From: Alphaproteobacteria bacterium
GTDB lineage: Bacteria; Pseudomonadota; Alphaproteobacteria; UBA8366
Length of the DNA: 64,000 nt
Assembly (NCBI GenBank): GCA_965228695.1
Contig: CBDDIB010000002.1
Location: 1,369,089 to 1,433,088, forward strand
Direction of reading: 5' to 3'
Below the pieces are notes generated by a model. The model was given only the letters and a program-made list of their open reading frames with translations. It ran no database searches and had not been told where the DNA came from. Position 1 is the first letter of the stretch, and every line of letters begins with the position of its first letter. Shown one piece after another: positions 10,310-16,830 of this stretch. Made by a program: the position numbers and the translations under genes.

Positions 10310-10461
10310 CGGTCCATGGGCAGGCCGAAGAGTATTCTTGCCCTCGGACTGTATCCCTGCCGGGCAAAGTCGCTTGACCAATCCGGTTCCTTCCCTACAT
10401 CTTCGGAAAGGCGAATTTAAACGCCATCCGCGCCGTTCGGCGCAGCAACGGTAGCGGGCTT

Positions 10462-10641
10462 ATGTTTGGCATCTGGATCGTTATTCTCTTCGGCATCATT
10501 CCGGCCGCCGCCGGCGTCGGGTTGAGCTACGCGTTTTCCAAGGAAGAAACGCCGTCTCCCAAACGGCTGATTATCGGCGGCGCGATCGGCGCGGTGGTCG
10601 GACTCGCGCTCGGCATCGTGCTGGTTCAATTCACGCCCTGA
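10462..10641 (+). CDS. Small (59 aa) two-helix membrane protein, below the ORF-track length cutoff
   Basis: My hand translation gives MFGIWIVILFGIIPAAAGVGLSYAFSKEETPSPKRLIIGGAIGAVVGLALGIVLVQFTP*. It has two hydrophobic segments and G/C-rich third codon positions. The competing antisense ORF 10417..10665 is Arg/Asp/Gly-rich junk. The RBS is weak. Confidence 0.35.
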   Translation: MFGIWIVILFGIIPAAAGVGLSYAFSKEETPSPKRLIIGGAIGAVVGLALGIVLVQFTP

Positions 10642-10755
10642 CGGCCGCCCGGGCGCTGTACCCACCGTTTCGCCACGCCCTGATTTGTGCCGCCGTTCGC
10701 CGCGATGCTACCAATGCATCAACGGCTTTTTCATGCCCAACAGGAGAGCGAACGC

Positions 10756-11817
10756 ATGTCCACGGTGGAAATCCTCGCCATTCAGCCGGTGTCCGACGCC
10801 GAGCGCAGCCGTATTGAAGCGGTCGACAGCTCGATCCATCTGACTGATGCGGGCGGTTGGTTCGACGGCGAAATCCGCGAGGGCTGGCCCGAGTTCACGA
10901 CGCGGCGCTACCTCGCGCCCGACGCCAACGGCCAGGGCACGCGGGAAGAGCGCGACGCCCTGTTGGCCAACGCGGAGATCATCCTCGGCGGGTTTCCCTA
11001 TCCGCTGGAGTTGCGCGGCCGTGCGCCGAACCTGAAATGGTTCCACCAGCGCCCCGCCGGGGCGAGCAATTTGCTGCGCGGCGACCTTTGGGGCAGCGAT
11101 GTCACGGTTACCACGTCGCGCGGATTCGGCAACACGCTGCCGATCGCGGAATACGTGCTCGCCAGCATCCTTCACTTCGCCAAGGGGCTGCATCGCGTCG
11201 AGGTCGACCGGTCCTCCGGACTGCTAGACCACCGGCCCTACAAGGCGCTGTTGATCGAAGGGAAGACGGTTTGCGTGATCGGGGCGGGCGGTATCGGCTG
11301 CGACGTGGCCAAGGTGTGTTCGGGCGTCGGGATGCGGGTGGTCGGGACCCGGCGGCGGCCGCTGGCCGACGGCGAAGCGCTGCCGGACGGTTTCACCTCG
11401 TTGCACCCGCCGGAGGATCTGCATCGCCTGCTGGGCGAAAGCGACTTTGTCGCGGTGTGCTGCCAGTGGACGCCCGAGACCACGGACCTGATCGGCACGG
11501 AGGCCTTCGCGGCGATGAAGCCCGGCGCGATCCTGGTGAATGTGGCGCGCGGCGAGATCGTCAATGAGGACGCCCTTGTTACCGCCTTGGCCGAGGATCG
11601 CATTCGCGGCGCCGCGCTCGACGTCTATGTGGGCGAGTTCGATGCGGCGCCGGATGAACGGTTGTGGTCCGATCCGCGCGTGATGATCACGCCGCACACG
11701 TCCGGCGGGTCCGACGAAAGCCGCCATCGCGCGATCGACGTCTTCTGCGACAACCTGGACGCTTACCTTAAAGGCAAGCCGTTGATGAACGTCATCGATT
11801 GGGATTTGGGATACTGA
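10756..11817 (+). CDS. D-isomer-specific 2-hydroxyacid dehydrogenase family protein
   Basis: Start at ATG 10756 (AGGAGA 10743-10748). NAD-binding GKTVCVIGAGGIGCDVAK. Family motifs VNVARGEIVNEDAL and ITPHTSG (catalytic His). Confidence 0.85.
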   Translation: MSTVEILAIQPVSDAERSRIEAVDSSIHLTDAGGWFDGEIREGWPEFTTRRYLAPDANGQGTREERDALLANAEIILGGFPYPLELRGRAPNLKWFHQRPAGASNLLRGDLWGSDVTVTTSRGFGNTLPIAEYVLASILHFAKGLHRVEVDRSSGLLDHRPYKALLIEGKTVCVIGAGGIGCDVAKVCSGVGMRVVGTRRRPLADGEALPDGFTSLHPPEDLHRLLGESDFVAVCCQWTPETTDLIGTEAFAAMKPGAILVNVARGEIVNEDALVTALAEDRIRGAALDVYVGEFDAAPDERLWSDPRVMITPHTSGGSDESRHRAIDVFCDNLDAYLKGKPLMNVIDWDLGY

Positions 11818-11910
11818 TGCAGCCGGCGTACGTAGTGCATTACTAATTGCCGGCGAAATGCGCGATGATAAAGACACGTCACAACGAATAACGATAGGGA
11901 GAGAGTCGCC

Positions 11911-12828
11911 ATGGATGGGGGTTTCGTTCGGGATAAGGTCATTCTGGTCACCGGTGCCGGCCGCGGGATCGGAGCGGAAATCGCCAAGCTGGCCGCGTCC
12001 GAAGGGGCGAAGGTCGTCGTCAACGATCTCGGCAGCACGGTCGACGGCGACGGCGCCGATGCGACGCCGGCGCAGCAGGTCGTCGAAGAGATTACGTCCA
12101 ACGGCGGCGAGGCCGTGGTGAACGGCGGCAGCATCGCCGATTGGGACGACGCGCAGGCCATGGTGGCGCAGGCGGTCGACACCTTCGGCCGGATCGACGG
12201 CGTCATCAATGTCGCGGGGATTCTTCGGGACCGTATTTTTCACAAGATGTCGGCCGAGGAGTGGAGTGCCGTGATCGGCGTCCATCTCACTGGGTATTTC
12301 AACGTCGCTCGTGCCGCCGCCGAGCATTTCCGGAAACAGTCGTCCGGCGCGATGGTGCATTTCACGTCGAATTCCGGATTGATCGGAAATATCGGGCAGG
12401 CCAACTACGCGGCGGCGAAGATGGGTACCGTGGGCCTGTCGAAATCGATCGCGCTGGACATGGCGCGCTACCGGGTGCGGTCGAACATCGTATCGCCGTC
12501 CGCCTTCACGCGGATGATCGAGACGATCCCGACCAACGATCCGAACAAGGCGTCGCATGTGGAACGGCAGAAACGCATGCTGCCGGAAAAGATCGCGCCG
12601 CTTTGCGTCTATCTGATGTCCGATGTGGCGGAGGAAATCTCCGGACAGATCTTCTACGTCCGCGCCAACGAGATCATGCTGATGAGCCAGATGCGGCCGA
12701 TGCGCTCGGTCCATCGCGACGGCGGCTGGAGCTGCCAGACCTTGCACGAGCACGGCATTCCGGCGCTCAAGGCGAGCTTCTACGAACTGGAGCGGTCGCG
12801 TGACGTCTTTACCTGGGATCCGGTCTAG
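11911..12828 (+). CDS. SDR family oxidoreductase (3-hydroxyacyl-CoA dehydrogenase-like)
   Basis: GGGAGAG RBS. VILVTGAGRGIGAEIAKLAASEGAKVVVNDLG, NVAGILRD, and YAAAKMG (YxxxK). 305 aa. Confidence 0.85.
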   Translation: MDGGFVRDKVILVTGAGRGIGAEIAKLAASEGAKVVVNDLGSTVDGDGADATPAQQVVEEITSNGGEAVVNGGSIADWDDAQAMVAQAVDTFGRIDGVINVAGILRDRIFHKMSAEEWSAVIGVHLTGYFNVARAAAEHFRKQSSGAMVHFTSNSGLIGNIGQANYAAAKMGTVGLSKSIALDMARYRVRSNIVSPSAFTRMIETIPTNDPNKASHVERQKRMLPEKIAPLCVYLMSDVAEEISGQIFYVRANEIMLMSQMRPMRSVHRDGGWSCQTLHEHGIPALKASFYELERSRDVFTWDPV

Positions 12829-12857
12829 CGGCGGCGCCGGCGGACAGAAGGGTTCAC

Positions 12858-13709
12858 ATGGCGATAGAAGTACGGAAACTCGGCGAGCCGCTCCTGGCCG
12901 AGCTGGTAGGCTTGGACGTAACGAATCCCGCCGATCCGGACGTCTGGGCCGAGGTCGAACAAGCCTTTCTCGATCACAACGTTTTGGTGTTCCGCGGCCG
13001 GATGATGACGGCGGCGGAGATGGTGCAATTCGCCGGGCAGTTCGGGCCGCTCGAACCGCATATCACCAAGAAGTACAACCACCCGGATTTCGAAGAGCTG
13101 ATCGTGATGAGCAATGTGGACGCCGCGGGCAAGATCGATGCGCTCGGCGCGAAACGCGGTACGCGCTGGCACACGGACATGTGCTATCGCGAGGTGCCGT
13201 CGAAAGGCACCATGCTGCACACACTGGAAATCCCAGACGAGGGCGGCGATACCCTGTTCGCGAATATGTATCGGGCGCTGGAGGAAATGCCGGCCGCGCT
13301 CAAGGCTCGGATCGAGGGACGGCATGCCACCTTTCGGTACGGCGGGCGCAAAGCTGTCGGGCGGGCGCGGTTGGAGACGGAAGACCGGGAAGCCGAGTTG
13401 GTCGCGCATCCGATCATGCGGCCGCATCCGGAAACCGGCCGGCTGTCGGTATACGTCAATCCCGCGCATACGGTCGGGATCGTCGGCATGGACGACGATG
13501 CGGCGCAGGATCTCTTGCAGGATATCTACGCCTGGTGCAGCCGCCCCGACTTTCAGGCACGGCACCAATGGCGGTTGGGCGATACGGTCATCTGGGACAA
13601 CCGGTGCACGTGGCATAAGGGCACCGGGGAGAACCCCTTGCGTCAGGCGCGGCGGTTTCTGCGCGCCACCATTGCCGACGGCACCGCGACCGTGTCGGAC
13701 GTAGCCTAG
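12858..13709 (+). CDS. TauD/TfdA family Fe(II)/2-oxoglutarate dioxygenase
   Basis: 283 aa. WHTDMCYREVPSKGTMLHTLEIPDEGGDTLFANMY carries the HxD facial triad. C-terminal WDNRCTWHKG...R is typical of the family. Confidence 0.85.
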   Translation: MAIEVRKLGEPLLAELVGLDVTNPADPDVWAEVEQAFLDHNVLVFRGRMMTAAEMVQFAGQFGPLEPHITKKYNHPDFEELIVMSNVDAAGKIDALGAKRGTRWHTDMCYREVPSKGTMLHTLEIPDEGGDTLFANMYRALEEMPAALKARIEGRHATFRYGGRKAVGRARLETEDREAELVAHPIMRPHPETGRLSVYVNPAHTVGIVGMDDDAAQDLLQDIYAWCSRPDFQARHQWRLGDTVIWDNRCTWHKGTGENPLRQARRFLRATIADGTATVSDVA

Positions 13710-13730
13710 CAAATATTCCGTCGAATTTGG

Positions 13731-13958
13731 TTATTCGGCCGCGAGCGGATCGTTCGGTGCGGCGCCGTCCCAGTCGAAACCGGGAAGCTCGAAGGCACCG
13801 CGCTTTCCGGTAAATAGGCCGGGACCCTTGCCGAGGGCGCCTTCGCCGTCGTCGGTATCGACATCCTTGTCGCCCTGAACCGTGACGCACGCGCCGAGCG
13901 CCGCGCTGAGTGCTGCCGCGACCAGGATTTTCCGAACGCCTGAGACTGTCATCTGCAT
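13731..13958 (-). CDS. Small putative lipoprotein
   Basis: 75 aa. Signal peptide with lipobox (ILVAAALSAALGAC), followed by an acidic/Gly-rich mature part. Confidence 0.5.
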   Translation of the reverse strand: MQMTVSGVRKILVAAALSAALGACVTVQGDKDVDTDDGEGALGKGPGLFTGKRGAFELPGFDWDGAAPNDPLAAE

Positions 13959-14259
13959 GTGTAGGACTTAGGAACCGTGGCGCGTTCTTTAAAGGGCTTT
14001 TGTTGGGACTTATCGTGATCCATGTGACGTTTCGTCGACAGGTGCGCGCCTCGCGCAAATTCGAGGCCGCGTAGGGGAGAAACGCGGCCTCGAAGGGGAG
14101 AACCAGGTTGGTCAAAACCTGATAGATAAAATTTTAGCTAAATATCGAAAAAATGCAGTGATACCGGTCACAGACCCAAAAACGTCAGAAATCCGCTAAT
14201 CCCGGATCGGTGTCCGGTCGGTGTTGAGGTATCGACAGAAGGGCTGGCTGAAATAGGAA

Positions 14260-14301
14260 ACGGGGCCGCGCGTGGGAGGGGCAAAGGGTGCGCGGCCCCG
14301 T
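14260..14301 (-). terminator. Candidate intrinsic terminator downstream of the Sel1-repeat lipoprotein operon
   Basis: A 12-bp stem: acggggccgcgc (14260-14271) pairs with gcgcggccccgt (14290-14301). The 18-nt loop is unusually large. On the minus strand it is followed by TTCCTATTTCAG. It lies 105 nt past the stop at 14407. Confidence 0.4.
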
Positions 14302-14406
14302 CGAAACTGAGGGGGAGTATAAATGGATACGGGATCGCCGCAGTGACTGGCGTCACTCGGAACCGTTTATTCGGGCGGCCCGGTCGGCGCCTGGCTGGGT
14401 GTCTGG

Positions 14407-14889
14407 TCAGCCGCCAAAATGTTGGCAGCCGCCGGGCTTCCACGTCTTCGCGCTTTCCCGGGCTTGGGTGAGGTCGTCCGGCGTCATGCGCTCGACGAGG
14501 TCGCTTCGGAGGGCGTCGGCGGCCGCAAGCCCGTTTGCCAGGGCCTGCGAATACCAAAGATAGGCCCGCACTGAATCTCGGTCGACCGGCGCCTGGCCGT
14601 ATCGGTATCGGGTCGCCATCGTACTCTGCGCCACCGGATGCCCCTTAACGGCGGCGCGGCACAGCCAGGTCCAGGCCCGTTCGGTATCTGTCTCACTGAG
14701 ATAAAGCGCAAATAAGGCGGTGCCGTCGCGGAGGCCTGGGTCGAAGGGATCGGCGGCTTCCGGTCGGTCGTCGTCCGGACCGGCAGATGCCGGTGTTTTT
14801 TCCGATGCCGCCGGAACGCAGCCCGCCGTCAACGACGCTGCGGCGAGCGGCAGAAGGAACCTCGTCGCTTTGATCAATGGGCGGATCAA
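14407..14889 (-). CDS. Sel1-repeat (TPR-like) lipoprotein
   Basis: C-terminal Sel1-like repeats (WLCRAAVKGHPVAQSTMATRYRYGQAPVDRDSVRAYLWYSQALANG). I place the start at TTG 14889-14887, which gives the lipoprotein signal (M)IRPLIKATRFLLPLAAASLTAGC. That TTG overlaps the upstream gene's TGA as TTGA. Confidence 0.65.
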   Translation of the reverse strand: MIRPLIKATRFLLPLAAASLTAGCVPAASEKTPASAGPDDDRPEAADPFDPGLRDGTALFALYLSETDTERAWTWLCRAAVKGHPVAQSTMATRYRYGQAPVDRDSVRAYLWYSQALANGLAAADALRSDLVERMTPDDLTQARESAKTWKPGGCQHFGG

Positions 14890-15191
14890 GAAAATCGCTG
14901 TAGCAACCGTCCGAGATCGGCGGCTGAGGCAATCGTTTCGCAATCGCAGTCGAAACACTGGTATCCGTTCGTGTGTTTCTCGATTCCAAACTCGATGACA
15001 CCATCGTTGTCCAGCACGACGAAGACGTCGTTGCCGGTTTGGCTGGAAAATCGCCGCATGCCGGATGCCCGGCCGTTTTTGATCAATGAATCGCCGAGTT
15101 CGGTAATGCTTCGAACGTCGTCGTCGCTAAACAGCGTCTTCCCTCCGCCGGGCACGTCGCTACCGTGCATCGGGATAACTCGAGCCGGCAT
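14886..15191 (-). CDS. Hypothetical 101-aa protein, translationally coupled to the Sel1 lipoprotein
   Basis: Strong SD (GAGGGGAGAGAAG) directly upstream of ATG 15191. Protein-like composition with a C-terminal CFDCDC motif. No family recognised. Confidence 0.55.
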   Translation of the reverse strand: MPARVIPMHGSDVPGGGKTLFSDDDVRSITELGDSLIKNGRASGMRRFSSQTGNDVFVVLDNDGVIEFGIEKHTNGYQCFDCDCETIASAADLGRLLQRFS

Positions 15192-15337
15192 CTTCTCTCC
15201 CCTCTTCTCTTTTTGAGTGCGCCTGCCGGAGGCGCACCCCGAAGATAGATCATCAGTAATACGTCAAAATTGGCGAGGGAAGGGGGAAAATCTTCCCGAT
15301 CGCCGATTCGGAAGCAAATTTCCGCGGTGGAGCGGGG

Positions 15338-15368
15338 ACAAAAGAAGGGGCGGCCGATGGGCCGCCCC
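15338..15368 (-). terminator. Intrinsic terminator (minus strand)
   Basis: A 9-bp GC stem: ggggcggcc (15347-15355) pairs with ggccgcccc (15360-15368) around a GATG loop. On the minus strand it is followed by TTCTTTTGT (15346-15338). Confidence 0.5.
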
Positions 15369-15403
15369 AGTTGATGAGCTAAAAAAGGTTTCCGGGAGGA
15401 ATT

Positions 15404-15430
15404 GCGATGACACCGTCATCGCCCTTTTTG
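15404..15430 (+). terminator. Intrinsic terminator (plus strand) with no upstream plus-strand CDS
   Basis: An 8-bp stem: gcgatgac (15404-15411) pairs with gtcatcgc (15415-15422). It is followed by CCTTTTTG (15423-15430). Confidence 0.5.
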
Positions 15431-15645
15431 CAGTTGCGAATCTGCACCGCGATATTTCACCGCGGCACAAACCGTTTCAAGCAAAAAAAGTGCTTATTTT
15501 TTAAGCTTTTAATGCGTATTCGCAAGGCAAAGAAACCATACGATCAGGGGCGAAGAGCGACGAAAGATGAAGCCTATGCCCAAATCTTGGGCGCCGCCGC
15601 AGCGCCCGCGGTCGGCGCGGTTTGGCGGAAATTTGCATTTTCCTG

Positions 15646-16245
15646 CTAGCACGGCACTGTGGAGTTGGACACTTCCATGCTTTCGGCATCGCTGCGACCG
15701 AGCCATTCGTCGCGCAGCATGCCGAAGAAGTAGACGTCCGCATGGTCCTGGTCCGACGTGATGGCGTGCCCGCGCAAAATTCCTTCGCAGGTGAATCCCA
15801 GCGCTTTGTAATTGAACAGGGCGGGCAGGTTGCGCGCGTGCACCGTCCCGTACACCCGGTAGAGGCCCAGCGTATCGAAGAGATAATCGAGCAAACGCGT
15901 CCGCGTCTCGAACACGGCATTCGTGCCCCAATGACGGCGGTCGCCGATCATGACTTCGGTGCTTGCACGGCCGAGTTCAGGTTCCGTATGCACCTGATAG
16001 AAACCGAGCAGCCGCTCGTCCGACTTATCGAAGATGCCGAGCAGGAAATTCGTGACGTTGTCGAACTGCCGCATGAAACGCAGGAAATCGTTCACCGAGG
16101 GGCGCTCCGGTAATTCGACATAACGCAGCAATTCGTCGTCGTGAAGCCAGCGGATCAAGCGTCCGGTGACATCGGCCGGGTCAAGCGGGCGCAGAAGGAA
16201 CCGGTCTGTTTCCAGTTGAATGGGTTGCTGTGCGGGCGGGCTCAT
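15646..16245 (-). CDS. GNAT family N-acetyltransferase (RimJ/RimL-like)
   Basis: 199 aa. Family-typical N-terminus RFLLRPLDPADV, and a core LGLYRVYGTVHARNLPALFNYKALGFTCEGILR. Confidence 0.85.
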   Translation of the reverse strand: MSPPAQQPIQLETDRFLLRPLDPADVTGRLIRWLHDDELLRYVELPERPSVNDFLRFMRQFDNVTNFLLGIFDKSDERLLGFYQVHTEPELGRASTEVMIGDRRHWGTNAVFETRTRLLDYLFDTLGLYRVYGTVHARNLPALFNYKALGFTCEGILRGHAITSDQDHADVYFFGMLRDEWLGRSDAESMEVSNSTVPC

Positions 16246-16426
16246 CTCGTGACCTTGCGCTCAATGAACGTCAACGGTGGGGCTGTCTAGCAGCATAGCA
16301 TGCAGCGGCGCAGATCATGTGCGCCCTTGCGGCGAAACGCGCGATATCACGGTGTTGTGTTCGTGATATATGGTAGTCCCATCGCGCGAATATGGCGCTG
16401 CGCGCGGTCGACCGTGACATCGGAGC

Positions 16427-16711
16427 GTGATACAGGAGGATGACTTGATTGCACGAAAAGAAGAATTCGCCGACATACGCATCAACTTGGACGGCGGCAC
16501 CTACGAGGGATGCACCTTCCGGAACTGCACGTTGTTGTATAGCGGTATGCTGCCGGTAATCCTGAATAAGTGTTTTTTCGAGAATTGCGTTTGGGATTTC
16601 ATCGGCCCGGCCGGCAACGCACTGGCCTTCATGCGCGATCTTTATATTGCCGGCGGCGACCAGCGCGAGCAGGTCGAGGATGTGCTCGACAAGATCAAGG
16701 TCACCACCTAG
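16427..16711 (+). CDS. Hypothetical Cys-rich small protein (up to 94 aa)
   Basis: Protein-like sequence with an internal repeat (GCTFRNCTLLY / KCFFENCVWDF). AGGAGG at 16434-16439 favours an in-frame TTG start at 16445 over GTG 16427. Local G+C is about 52% (31-32/60 in two lines). No family recognised. Confidence 0.5.
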   Translation: MIQEDDLIARKEEFADIRINLDGGTYEGCTFRNCTLLYSGMLPVILNKCFFENCVWDFIGPAGNALAFMRDLYIAGGDQREQVEDVLDKIKVTT

Positions 16712-16830
16712 CGAGGTCGAGACTGATCGAGCCGCGGCAGCGGCCGGACCGGTTTCATGGTATGTTGTGAATAACGGATAAAGTATTGCATCGCCGTCAC
16801 GGGCGATGCGTCGAGAGAGGAGACCAAAGC

